The translations under genes and the position numbers were made by a program. Of a stretch of 45,026 nt of DNA, positions 27,448 through 36,105 are shown in pieces. The notes beneath the pieces were generated by a model. It did not search any database. It saw only the letters and a list, made by a program, of their open reading frames with translations, and was not told where the DNA came from. Source of the stretch: a virus (Duplodnaviria > Caudoviricetes); the IMG/VR virus record IMGVR_UViG_3300016478_000220, positions 1-45,026 of that record. The stretch is one strand, 5' to 3'. How positions within the stretch are numbered: position 1 is the first letter of the stretch; the number at the start of each line of letters is the position of its first letter.

Positions 27448-28224
27448 TCAGGCGTCCCAGGCCTCGTCCTGTGCGTCCCCCCAAGACTTGGTTGAAGTCT
27501 TCAAGCCGGTGGGAATGATCAGCGGATCGGGGTACGGGATTACGACGTTCAGCAGGTCACGCAATTGCGGCTTCACCTGCGGCCACAGGTGGATCGGGCA
27601 CTGGCCGACGAGCGAATCGTGAACCTGCAGCAAAATCTGGGCCTCCTTGAGTTGTCTGACGATACGGTTCCAGGCGGTGTTGATGACGATGGCGACTGTG
27701 GATTGAGGCACCCAGGCCAACGCTTCCGGGAGCAGCCCTTCGATCCGCTCGAAATACGTGCGCGAGAACCCAAACGGGTTAGTGACTGTCCGGGTTGCCG
27801 CAAGCTGATCGAGGACTTTATTATGCCACGCGCGAATCGCAGGGTGCAAGCGAAACCATTCGTTCTGAAAGTCCTCGGCTTCTCGTCTGGAGATATGGAG
27901 AGCTAACGCGCAGGTCGGGGCTGTCCCGCCGTAGTTAGTAAGGTGGACCCCCATTTTGGCGTAGGTGTAATACGGGTCCGTCTTTCCGTCGGGACCAGCC
28001 TTCGCCCCGAAAATGGCTTTCGAGTTTACACAGTGAACCTTCGGTCCCCGCCCAGCGGCGTGATCCCGGAAGGCCTGCTTGAGAGGCTCGTCGTTTGCCT
28101 CCCAGGCCACGATCTGCGCGTCGGCGCCGGCCAAGTCCACGTCGAAAATCAGATGCCCCGGATCGGGAATGTAGAACTTGCGGATATTGGGCAGGATAAT
28201 GCTGCCAGCTTCTTGGATTTGCAT
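27448..28224 (-). CDS. polA: DNA polymerase family A, C-terminal catalytic part
   Basis: Motif A DVDLAGADAQ, motif B AKMGVHLTNYG, motif C LLQVHDSLV. Confidence 0.85.
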   Translation of the reverse strand: MQIQEAGSIILPNIRKFYIPDPGHLIFDVDLAGADAQIVAWEANDEPLKQAFRDHAAGRGPKVHCVNSKAIFGAKAGPDGKTDPYYTYAKMGVHLTNYGGTAPTCALALHISRREAEDFQNEWFRLHPAIRAWHNKVLDQLAATRTVTNPFGFSRTYFERIEGLLPEALAWVPQSTVAIVINTAWNRIVRQLKEAQILLQVHDSLVGQCPIHLWPQVKPQLRDLLNVVIPYPDPLIIPTGLKTSTKSWGDAQDEAWDA

Positions 28225-29885
28225 CAGTCTTTCTCCTCGCCTTTGGGGATGTTTTGGAGGTTCCCGCCGGAACCGAATGCGTTGGAGCTGGACGAAAGGC
28301 GGAAGGTTTCCGCGCCGCCAGTGTTGAAGGAACAGCGCATCCGTCCGTCAATATCGAGCGGCATAAGGCAGAACGTTTTGAGAAAGACAGCCATCGAACG
28401 CCGCTTGGAGATCAACTCCACAAGGGGGATGATCAGGGGCTCCTTTTGGCGGAGCGTTTCAAGGGCCTTATCGTCGCAGGATGGGCGCTTGGTCTTGCGG
28501 TTAATCTGGCGGGGGAGACGGAGCTCGTCGTAGAAGTACTTCTGCATCTGTACGGGAGAGCCGACGTTGAACGGGCGGCCGATGATAAGGCTGATCAGCT
28601 CATCGTACTGAGCGATGACCGCCATCAGCTTCCCCGCAGTTTCCCCTCTGGCTTTTTGATCCACGGCGCAGCCAGTGTGCATGGTCTGGAGGGCACTCCG
28701 AGACACCTCCATCAGGAACTGGTACTGTTCCGTCTTGTTGTAGTAGATCAGGAGTTCCTGCAGGACTAGGTCTACCTCGAAAGTCGCCATCACGTCTTTG
28801 CAGTTGTATAGCCAATACTGCTCCATGTTTTCGGGTAGGCGAGAGTAGTCGTCCATCTCGTCTTTCCAGTAAACGTGGTAGTGGCAGTACATCGAGGACA
28901 GGAAGTCCAGGGACTTCGGCAGGCCGGGGAAGAGCGCATGCTGAGCCAGCATCGTGTCGTCTGTCTGATTCGGGTGATAGCCCAGGTGCTTGGCGAAATG
29001 CTGGTTATCGTAGTTGAAGTTCTGCCCGATCACCTCAGTGTTGGGGTGGGTAAGGAGCTCACGGAGTAGGAAGTGGAGTTCGATCTCTTCCTCTTCCGAG
29101 TAGAAGTCCCCGTTGAGGGTAATGAATGGGATGCAGATAGCATCGCGGCAGGACCAGGCGATACCGAGACAGGAAATGTGTCTGGCGATGGTTTCCAAGT
29201 CGACCGCGATCCTCAGCCTGTTACCGGAGAGCGGGACGGCCAGGAGATCGAGCAGAACCCTTTTCGCCACGGGGAAGGTAGGAGCTGTGATTGTGTTGTA
29301 GACGGGAGGCGTGTACAGGTCCGGCCGGTCGACCAGATTGCGTACCCGCTTCAGGTCACGCAAGACGAACCCTTTTATCTCCCACTTGCGGATAACTGTC
29401 GCCGCGGGGTAAGTGGGGATGACGCGGATATTAGCGTCCACTACACAGGCGAGGTTGGACCCGCGCCAAGTAGCGACAGCCCCGAACACTCCGGCGCAGG
29501 CGAACATAGCCAGATCACCAAAGGCGATGATGACTTCTGGCTTGATCCGGGCGATCGTTTCGTGAAGGTGCTCGATCTCAGCCACAAGCTTCGGGTGTAC
29601 CCAGGTATTGTGCCTGGTCTCTGTAAGCCCGTGCTTGGCGGCGTGAGCCTTCGTCTGGGAGTAGTACAGATCCGGATCGTCGCCCTGCGCCCGGAAGCGC
29701 ATGACCGGGGTGACGTAGGTGGAGGTGCGGGGGATGCCCGCCTCGCCGAGAAGTTTCCAGGCAAATTCCCCCATCTTGCCGGATAGGGGGAACTGCTTCC
29801 ACAGGTCGTCGGCGGTAGCGAACTCCGTGACGACCATGATTTTAGCGGCGGGGTTTCCCCCGCCACGCACAGTGGGCGCGCTCAT
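28224..29885 (-). CDS. polA: DNA polymerase family A, N-terminal part: UDG-like domain, 3'-5' exonuclease and thumb
   Basis: GGGNPAAKIMVV UDG-like start; Exo I AVDLET, Exo II QNFNYD, Exo III YNCKD; FNVGSP.Q, TFRLSSS, NLQNIP. Confidence 0.85.
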   Translation of the reverse strand: MSAPTVRGGGNPAAKIMVVTEFATADDLWKQFPLSGKMGEFAWKLLGEAGIPRTSTYVTPVMRFRAQGDDPDLYYSQTKAHAAKHGLTETRHNTWVHPKLVAEIEHLHETIARIKPEVIIAFGDLAMFACAGVFGAVATWRGSNLACVVDANIRVIPTYPAATVIRKWEIKGFVLRDLKRVRNLVDRPDLYTPPVYNTITAPTFPVAKRVLLDLLAVPLSGNRLRIAVDLETIARHISCLGIAWSCRDAICIPFITLNGDFYSEEEEIELHFLLRELLTHPNTEVIGQNFNYDNQHFAKHLGYHPNQTDDTMLAQHALFPGLPKSLDFLSSMYCHYHVYWKDEMDDYSRLPENMEQYWLYNCKDVMATFEVDLVLQELLIYYNKTEQYQFLMEVSRSALQTMHTGCAVDQKARGETAGKLMAVIAQYDELISLIIGRPFNVGSPVQMQKYFYDELRLPRQINRKTKRPSCDDKALETLRQKEPLIIPLVELISKRRSMAVFLKTFCLMPLDIDGRMRCSFNTGGAETFRLSSSSNAFGSGGNLQNIPKGEEKD

Positions 29886-31207
29886 GCTCCGGCCCCGAGG
29901 GAGCTGATGTCAAGCACGTCCTCCTTCGAGTTGAGCCGGGTCACGGCGTCGTGGTAGTAGGCCTCGACCCGCTCGCATCCCCAGGCGACAAGCTTGAGCT
30001 GGTTTGCGGCGGGGAAGATAGTGCCCGATCCCACGCAGAAGTCAATGACTGTGTTCCCCGGCACGACGGACCGGGAGAGCAGGTCGGTGTACAGGGCCAC
30101 CGGCTTCTGCGCCCCGTGGGTTTTGTTCATGACTTGCGGGTATGTGAGCACGTCCGAGCCGACGCGCACAACCGGCTTGCCGCCCTTGATGGCGTAGAGA
30201 ATGGCCTCGTAAGTGCGGCGGGGGCCGTGCTCCGGCCGGGGCAGCATCCCGTTCAGCTTATTCCAGAACATCGGCGTGGGCCAGACTTCCCATCCCGCGA
30301 GGGTGAACTCGAAGGCGATCTTGTCGAAGAAGCGGATGTCGCAGAAGACGTAGGCGTGAGCCTGCGGTTTCGTGATACGGTAGCCCTGGACCGCGATCAT
30401 CTTGTACAAGGCGTGGGCGTACTCCCAGGAGTCCTCGTACTCGTGGCGGACCGAGGCCATGCTGCCGAAGTTATCCGCCTCGACCCCGTACGGGGGATCG
30501 GTGAGGATGACGTCGCAAATCCCGTCCGAGAGGCCGGCGGCGAAGTCTCGCGCATCGGCGTTGATGAGCGTGTGGGGGGTCTGGGTCAGGTCAAATTGCT
30601 CGGCCAGGACGGCCCGGTGAGCGGCTTCCGCCTTTTGGCGGATGACCTTCAGGGCCTGTTTCGTGTTCTTCGCCTTTTGGACCTCGGGGTCATCGAGATG
30701 CTTGGCCACGAGCAGGGCGTCGGAGACCTTGGTGATTTCAGACCCTTCGGCGCGCTTGCCCGCGATCTCGGAGGCGGTGTCGCGCAGGGTATGAGTTTCC
30801 CCGCGGAGGGCTGCCTGGGCTGCGCGAAGTGCGTCGAGTTCCGCGGTCGCAGCTACGTAGTCCTGCCAGGGAAGGTCACGCCGGATCACGTTCTCTTCGA
30901 GCTCGATCTCCTTCAGGGTAAGGGCGTCGAGTTCGCTGATAAGCGTGTAGGGAATTTGGCCTGGGGGGATGAGCGTTTCCTCGTACTTGAAGGACGTCCC
31001 GGCGGCGGCCAAGCGCGTGATGGCGCGGAGGCGACGCTCCCCCGCCACCAGCTCCAGTCCGCCCTTCTCGGTGAGGCGAAACACCGGGGCATGGATAAGC
31101 CGCTTACCGGCAATCGAGTTAGCCAGATCGATCAGATCGACTTCCGGGAACTCACGCCGTTGGCGGTTCTCGGGGATTTGTACATCATCGAGAAGGGCGA
31201 TACGCAT
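29882..31207 (-). CDS. ParB-N domain fused to N6A/N4C DNA methyltransferase
   Basis: LVAGERRLRA and EENVIRRDL (ParB); TDPPY, H..QKP..L, DFCVGSGT (beta-class MTase); start reassigned to MRIALL. Confidence 0.85.
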   Translation of the reverse strand: MRIALLDDVQIPENRQRREFPEVDLIDLANSIAGKRLIHAPVFRLTEKGGLELVAGERRLRAITRLAAAGTSFKYEETLIPPGQIPYTLISELDALTLKEIELEENVIRRDLPWQDYVAATAELDALRAAQAALRGETHTLRDTASEIAGKRAEGSEITKVSDALLVAKHLDDPEVQKAKNTKQALKVIRQKAEAAHRAVLAEQFDLTQTPHTLINADARDFAAGLSDGICDVILTDPPYGVEADNFGSMASVRHEYEDSWEYAHALYKMIAVQGYRITKPQAHAYVFCDIRFFDKIAFEFTLAGWEVWPTPMFWNKLNGMLPRPEHGPRRTYEAILYAIKGGKPVVRVGSDVLTYPQVMNKTHGAQKPVALYTDLLSRSVVPGNTVIDFCVGSGTIFPAANQLKLVAWGCERVEAYYHDAVTRLNSKEDVLDISSLGAGA

Positions 31208-31208
31208 T

Positions 31209-31553
31209 TTAGTCCTCCATGTCTTCAGCAGCTTGTTGGACGGCTTCCCCGGCAAGGGCGAGATAGGCAGCCCCGTCGATATAGTCGTCGATGACAGGCG
31301 GCACTCCGTTGTTCACGGAAACCTGCGCCCTGGCCAACTTCAGGCAAGTCATGAAGACCGCGGCCTCGCGGCAGTCCAGGTTATGCCCGGTGAGCTGGTT
31401 GAACAGCTTCACGGTGAGGGGGAGGGAACGCTCGCCAGTCCCGGTATCGCGGGTAGCCGTGTTCCGCTCCATCGCGGTGAAGGCGTGGTGGAGGAGTTGC
31501 TCCGCCGGGATGACAGCCGGAGGCGGGGGCAGCGAGTTGCGGGGCTTTGCCAT
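31209..31553 (-). CDS. DUF6378-like protein
   Basis: AVFMTCLKLAR...DDYIDGAAYLALAGE motif. Confidence 0.7.
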   Translation of the reverse strand: MAKPRNSLPPPPAVIPAEQLLHHAFTAMERNTATRDTGTGERSLPLTVKLFNQLTGHNLDCREAAVFMTCLKLARAQVSVNNGVPPVIDDYIDGAAYLALAGEAVQQAAEDMED

Positions 31554-31578
31554 GATTTTCCTTTCACGGGATTAAGGT

Positions 31579-31604
31579 AAAAAAGAAGCCCGACGGATCG
31601 GGCT
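31579..31604 (-). terminator. Intrinsic terminator after the SSB gene
   Basis: AGCCCGA-loop-TCGGGCT followed by a T-run on the - strand. Confidence 0.7.
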
Positions 31605-31624
31605 CCTTCCCCTCTCGGGGAGAG

Positions 31625-32068
31625 TTACAGGGCCGTAGCCGAGACGACGTTGGCCTGGATCGTGACGCCATCGCGCTTGTCGATGGAGTGCGCGACCTTG
31701 ACCTTGGCGACGCCGCCGATCAGCATGCCGGGGTTCCACAGCTGGCCGGAGGTGTTCTGGCCGAGAGCATCGCGGAGACGGCCGAGGGCGACGTTCTTGC
31801 CCTTGCCCATGTCGAGCGTGCCGTTGTCGGTCAGGTCCAGCCAGAGCGACTGGCGAACTTTCGGCTCGGCCATGCCGGTCTCTTCGCGAGCGGTTTCGTC
31901 GTCGATGATCCAGACGACGTCGAGCAGCGGACGACCGTCGGACAGCACGCGCGGCTTCAGCTCGGCGATCGAGCCGGGGTACTCGCCTTCGGCTACGGGG
32001 GTGTAGGCGGTGGCGTTGGCTTCGGTGATTTCGGTGTTGAGGAAGTTGGTGGGATCGAAGGTGCTCAT
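31625..32068 (-). CDS. Putative ssDNA-binding protein (DUF669-like)
   Basis: PVAEGEY, LGRLRDALG, LIGGVAKVKV; next to the Sak4-like ATPase; start MSTFDP after AGGAG. Confidence 0.65.
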   Translation of the reverse strand: MSTFDPTNFLNTEITEANATAYTPVAEGEYPGSIAELKPRVLSDGRPLLDVVWIIDDETAREETGMAEPKVRQSLWLDLTDNGTLDMGKGKNVALGRLRDALGQNTSGQLWNPGMLIGGVAKVKVAHSIDKRDGVTIQANVVSATAL

Positions 32069-32188
32069 GGTATCTCCTGGAATATGAGAGTGAGTGAGTG
32101 TGTGAAGTGCTGGTGGTACTGCCCCGGTCACCAGCTAACCGGCCCGAGATCGGCGTGGAGTGTGCCCGCCGACCGCGAGTAGGAATCC

Positions 32189-32217
32189 AGTATCCCCCAC
32201 GTGGGCCAGATTGTCAA
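32189..32217 (-). promoter_or_regulatory. Sigma70-type promoter for the SSB gene
   Basis: TTGACA-17 bp-GATACT. Confidence 0.65.
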
Positions 32218-32260
32218 CCCAACAACATGACTGGATTGAGCCACTTTCCATTCTGCCTCG

Positions 32261-33094
32261 TCACGGTTTCGGGAAAGCGCGCTTTTTCCACTCGTTAATG
32301 AGCGGGACGAAGCTCGGGGGAAGGCCGTCTTTGATGGGGAGATAGCGGGCTTTCGTGTCCACGTTGGGAGTCGCGGTGGACCAGGTGAAGTCCGCCCCCT
32401 TGCGCACAACGTGGACGACGTCCGAGAAGAAGCGGGGAATCTTCGGGGCGAGTTTCCGGCCCAGTGTGGAAAGCATGATGGAGGTGCCGCCGGTGACCTC
32501 GTCCGTTTCCCGCTCAGTGTGACCGATAAGGACGAAATGGGCGCGGGTATCCACACAGCACTTCGTGATGAGGCGCTCGAGGTTGTCGATCGCCACGCCC
32601 CAGTCGGGGATCGCCTTCACCGGCTTGGACCCAGCGACGAGGTTCATCGCCATGATCGAGAGGCCGGACATGGAGTCGATAACCAGCGCTCGCTCCGGCC
32701 CCCACGAGTCGACGGCCCCGTACTCCTTCCCCGTACGATCGCACTTGAAGTTTTGCAAAGTGCAAAGCACGTCGATGAACTCGGTATATTTCTTCTTGTT
32801 GATGTCGGGGAGTTCGGCCAGGGCCTTGAAGGACAAGGTGTTGATCTTCTGGGCGCTGGCGATCATGTCTGCGAAGTCGGGAGAAGCCGGCGGGATGTAG
32901 TGCCAGTGAAGCTTTTCCGGGGGGAGGTCGGCGAGGACCTCCATGCCCGGCTCGGTGAAGAGGACAAAGACTTCCAGCCCAGCGTCCACCAGGGTGCGGA
33001 TGGCGTGGGTCTTGCCGGTGCCGGTGGCACCAATCAGGAGTTCGTTCAGCCCGGGGATTTGGGCCTTGGAATAGTCTGTTTCAGTGGTAATCAT
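32261..33094 (-). CDS. AAA_24 / Sak4-like ATPase
   Basis: GATGTGKT, LVIDS, VLIGH, GRKLAPKIPRFFSDV. Confidence 0.75.
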   Translation of the reverse strand: MITTETDYSKAQIPGLNELLIGATGTGKTHAIRTLVDAGLEVFVLFTEPGMEVLADLPPEKLHWHYIPPASPDFADMIASAQKINTLSFKALAELPDINKKKYTEFIDVLCTLQNFKCDRTGKEYGAVDSWGPERALVIDSMSGLSIMAMNLVAGSKPVKAIPDWGVAIDNLERLITKCCVDTRAHFVLIGHTERETDEVTGGTSIMLSTLGRKLAPKIPRFFSDVVHVVRKGADFTWSTATPNVDTKARYLPIKDGLPPSFVPLINEWKKRAFPKP

Positions 33095-33115
33095 GGCGCT
33101 TCCTTTGTGGTGGGG

Positions 33116-33454
33116 TTACAGGTCCCAGTCCTTGCAGATGGTTTCAATATCGTGCTTGAGGACGGGGAGGGGAAGGTTAAGCATGAACTCGGTATCCCAG
33201 AGGAGCGAGACCGTGCCGGGAGGATTCATAAACTTGGAGGCCTTTTCGCGGCAACCTGGCTTGTTGCAATGCAAGGCCCAGGCGAACCACGGAGTTGCCG
33301 GAGTAACGACTCGCCGCGCCCAGATGTCCCCGCACGAGGGGCAGAAGTAGGCGTACTGCCGGGGAAGCACGACCTGATTCCGCATGAACTCCCGGCTGAT
33401 GGGGGATGGACCCCCCACCGGCCTGTTGTTGATGATCCAGAGCTGGGTTGGCAT
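33116..33454 (-). CDS. Zn-finger hypothetical protein
   Basis: CPSCG...CNKPGC; AAGGAG RBS before ATG 33454. Confidence 0.6.
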   Translation of the reverse strand: MPTQLWIINNRPVGGPSPISREFMRNQVVLPRQYAYFCPSCGDIWARRVVTPATPWFAWALHCNKPGCREKASKFMNPPGTVSLLWDTEFMLNLPLPVLKHDIETICKDWDL

Positions 33455-33456
33455 CG

Positions 33457-34356
33457 TCACTCCTTGTGGAGGGGATTCCAGTTATTCGGCTCGAAGTAGA
33501 CTGGCACCCAGGCCTCGGGGTCCGGACTCCCACACAGGCGGGCGAAGGGGCATCCGCCATAGCTATTGCACGCATGCTTGTCCAGGGTTTTCGGGAAGAA
33601 CTGTCGCTCGAAGTGCCACAGCATATTCTCGATGGTGAAGTGGGTGGTTTCCTGCCACTCGTCCAGCATCCATTGCGGGCGGTAGACGAGCGCCTGGGCG
33701 TGCCCGAAGCCGTTTTTGAGGATCGAGGTTCCCCGGACAAAGAACCCGGCGAGGGGGATTCCGTACACCTTAGCCGCGTAGGTGTAGCCGGTGAACTGGC
33801 TGTCTAGGTCCCAGTTCCGCATCCACTGGTTCCCGAGCTGCGTGGCGGTCTTGTCGTCCTCCCCAAAGGCGGCGCCGTTGTAAGTGGCGAGAAGGTCGAA
33901 GCGGCCGGTGAAGATCAGGGGATCGCCGGTCAGGGGGTGCCGCTGGTCGAACGGGACAGCGAAGGAGAACTCGATCCCGCGCTTCCCATTCGGGAGTTCC
34001 ATCGGGACCAGGACGTCCTGCCCGAGGGGGTACTGGCAGAAGTACTCGATCACGGCGTAGAAGACCCGGTCGAGGTCCTTGGCCGTCTCGTGGTCGATCT
34101 CCGCATCCCCCCAGAACAGGAGGAAGGCGTGAAGACCCTGGGCGATGGCGTCATCCTCGTCCATGCCCTTTTCGAAGTAGCAGGTGCGCGCCACTTCCAG
34201 GCCCCGGGCGTAGGCCCCCCCGGCATGGAGGTGGATGTTCCCGCCCTTCGGGGTGATCTTGCGGAGGCTGGAGTAGTACCAGTGACGTTTGCATCGCTTG
34301 AACGACGACATAGCGCTGTTGTCGATGAAAGCGGGGAAGGAGATTTCTTTGGTCAT
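33457..34356 (-). CDS. PD-(D/E)XK Cas4/RecB-like exonuclease
   Basis: SSFKRC, GRFD, DDKT, QFTGY, C-terminal C..YGGCPF..LC. Confidence 0.8.
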   Translation of the reverse strand: MTKEISFPAFIDNSAMSSFKRCKRHWYYSSLRKITPKGGNIHLHAGGAYARGLEVARTCYFEKGMDEDDAIAQGLHAFLLFWGDAEIDHETAKDLDRVFYAVIEYFCQYPLGQDVLVPMELPNGKRGIEFSFAVPFDQRHPLTGDPLIFTGRFDLLATYNGAAFGEDDKTATQLGNQWMRNWDLDSQFTGYTYAAKVYGIPLAGFFVRGTSILKNGFGHAQALVYRPQWMLDEWQETTHFTIENMLWHFERQFFPKTLDKHACNSYGGCPFARLCGSPDPEAWVPVYFEPNNWNPLHKE

Positions 34357-34613
34357 TTGTGGGCAACCTCCTCGGCGGGGATACGACGGCGGACGTGGAC
34401 GAGGGTCTTGTCCAGCAGGGTCCGGAAATCCTGAAGGACGGAGATAGCATCCTCCGCCCAGGCTTCGGCTTCCGACCGCTGGATCACTTCCGGCTCCATG
34501 AGGATGGTGCGGAGGTTAGTCACTCGTCCGGCGAGTTTGACGTACAATGCCCCGCACCCCTCCTCGGTGAGAGGAGCGTCGGGGGCGATGGGTTGGGGGG
34601 CTTGGTGGCTCAC
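34353..34613 (-). CDS. Hypothetical protein
   Basis: Overlap-coupled with neighbours; GGAGG RBS. Confidence 0.6.
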   Translation of the reverse strand: MSHQAPQPIAPDAPLTEEGCGALYVKLAGRVTNLRTILMEPEVIQRSEAEAWAEDAISVLQDFRTLLDKTLVHVRRRIPAEEVAHK

Positions 34614-34852
34614 TTCGGACCTCCCCCGGTAAGGCCGAGATTCCCCATCAGGGTGTTGAGGTCGACGGGGGCTGCCTTGGCTTTCGCTTCAGCCTTGGCG
34701 ACGGTCTTGGGGGCGGCCGCGGCGACTGCCCCTCCGCGGAGTTCGCGGTAGCTGATAAGGATCTGGCGGTACTCTTCAGCCGGGAAGGTTTCCCCGGCGA
34801 GTACCCGCTTGCGAAGATCGTTCAGCTCTTCGAGGGATTTAAGGTTGGACAT
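34610..34852 (-). CDS. Hypothetical protein
   Basis: Start reassigned to MSNLKS after AAGGAG. Confidence 0.65.
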   Translation of the reverse strand: MSNLKSLEELNDLRKRVLAGETFPAEEYRQILISYRELRGGAVAAAAPKTVAKAEAKAKAAPVDLNTLMGNLGLTGGGPK

Positions 34853-35060
34853 TGTTATCTCCTTGCGTTTGGGTGGGACGGGTGCGCATGGAGTTGACCC
34901 ACGCGCGGAAAAGCTCGTTCGCCTTGTCGGAGAGGGCGCCGTAACCGATGCGCCCCTTGACCGGATCAAGGAGAAGGAGTGTGACTTCAGCCGACAGCGG
35001 CTCGTCGAGGTAAATCTTGTGCTCGACGCGGGCGACCGTGAGTTTCTTGCGGCCTCGCAT
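34839..35060 (-). CDS. Small protein, possible ribbon-helix-helix DNA binder
   Basis: Strand (VEHKIYLD), helix, G..S, helix pattern; GGAGG RBS. Confidence 0.5.
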   Translation of the reverse strand: MRGRKKLTVARVEHKIYLDEPLSAEVTLLLLDPVKGRIGYGALSDKANELFRAWVNSMRTRPTQTQGDNNVQP

Positions 35061-35068
35061 AATGCCTC

Positions 35069-35383
35069 CTAGAGGGGTTTCCAGATGAGTGGTTTATCGA
35101 AGAAGAAAAGCGTGTTACCCGCTTTATCGTACAGCGCCCCTCCGTTCATCACATGCGCGAGCATGGTGGAGTACTCGCGCATCTTCTGCTCGCTGACCTT
35201 GGCGCGGGACTCGGCGTCGCGCCAGAAGTCGTGCGTCTCCACAAGGGCGTAGGCGAGCAACAAAATCCAGATCGCGCCAAGAGCCTGGAAGAAGTGGATG
35301 ACGCGATGGGTGAAGGACTTCCGGCGTTTCGGCCGGAGTCGAGTGTCCCGCACCCTGTATTTGGAGAGCTGATCCTTAACCAT
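35069..35383 (-). CDS. Hypothetical single-TM protein
   Basis: Basic N-terminus, FFQALGAIWILLLAYALV, coiled segment. Confidence 0.6.
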   Translation of the reverse strand: MVKDQLSKYRVRDTRLRPKRRKSFTHRVIHFFQALGAIWILLLAYALVETHDFWRDAESRAKVSEQKMREYSTMLAHVMNGGALYDKAGNTLFFFDKPLIWKPL

Positions 35384-35801
35384 TTTCAGCCTCGAGCGCT
35401 TCCCAGGCCGCGACCATCGCCTCGTGCATGCGGGCTGCCGTGTTGCGGAGTTCCCACACGGGATAGGTGCGGTTCTTGTGCAAGATGCACACGCGTTGCT
35501 GGTCCTTCTCGTAAGGCGTGAAGAAGCCGCCCCGCTCGTCGTAGGAGTTCGAGAAGAGAGCCCACAAGGCCGCCTTGTCCGGGTCGGTCGTGTCGGGGAC
35601 GAAAGCGCGCTTCGGCATGCCGGCCAGGTACGGCCGGTTGGTCAGGGAACTCAGGGTGAGTTCAGCGATCGGCATGCCGGTGTTCGGCTCGAGCAAGACG
35701 AGGACGGGACGGAGGCTTGTGGCGTTGCCCCCGAGGACCAAGTTCACGGTATGGGCCTGGCCTTTATAGGTGATTGGTACGCGGTGCTTCAGGGTGTTCA
35801 T
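35376..35801 (-). CDS. Hypothetical protein
   Basis: Start reassigned to MNTLKH after GGAG. Confidence 0.6.
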   Translation of the reverse strand: MNTLKHRVPITYKGQAHTVNLVLGGNATSLRPVLVLLEPNTGMPIAELTLSSLTNRPYLAGMPKRAFVPDTTDPDKAALWALFSNSYDERGGFFTPYEKDQQRVCILHKNRTYPVWELRNTAARMHEAMVAAWEALEAENG

Positions 35802-35967
35802 TGATGACGTCTCCGAGGGAAAAGTTATAATAAGGTTTCGGGAAAAACACCTGCACACTTCCATTCGGGAAGTGTTTGGGGTACTCATCCGGCCGCGGCC
35901 AGGGCCAACAGGGTTTCCTGTGGACGACCTCGCGCTTGGCGGAAAGGGTTAGGATGACTCCTTGCAT
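35764..35967 (-). CDS. Hypothetical protein
   Basis: 67-aa ORF filling the operon; weak RBS. Confidence 0.4.
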   Translation of the reverse strand: MQGVILTLSAKREVVHRKPCWPWPRPDEYPKHFPNGSVQVFFPKPYYNFSLGDVINEHPEAPRTNHL

Positions 35968-36105
35968 GGCTCGTACCTTTCGGTGTGATGCAGCAACAAG
36001 GTTCGGATAAAAGCTGCGGTTACCAGCTCAGTGTAAAGGCGGTCGTGAGGGCAGCGAGTGCCTGAGCGAGGGCGAGGACGGCAGTTTTGTGATTGGTGGA
36101 CATGG

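Noticed and set aside
33457-34356. Cas4-like nuclease as evidence of a CRISPR-Cas system
   Set aside because: No cas1/cas2 or repeat-spacer array; it sits in an ordinary Sak4-SSB-exonuclease recombination module
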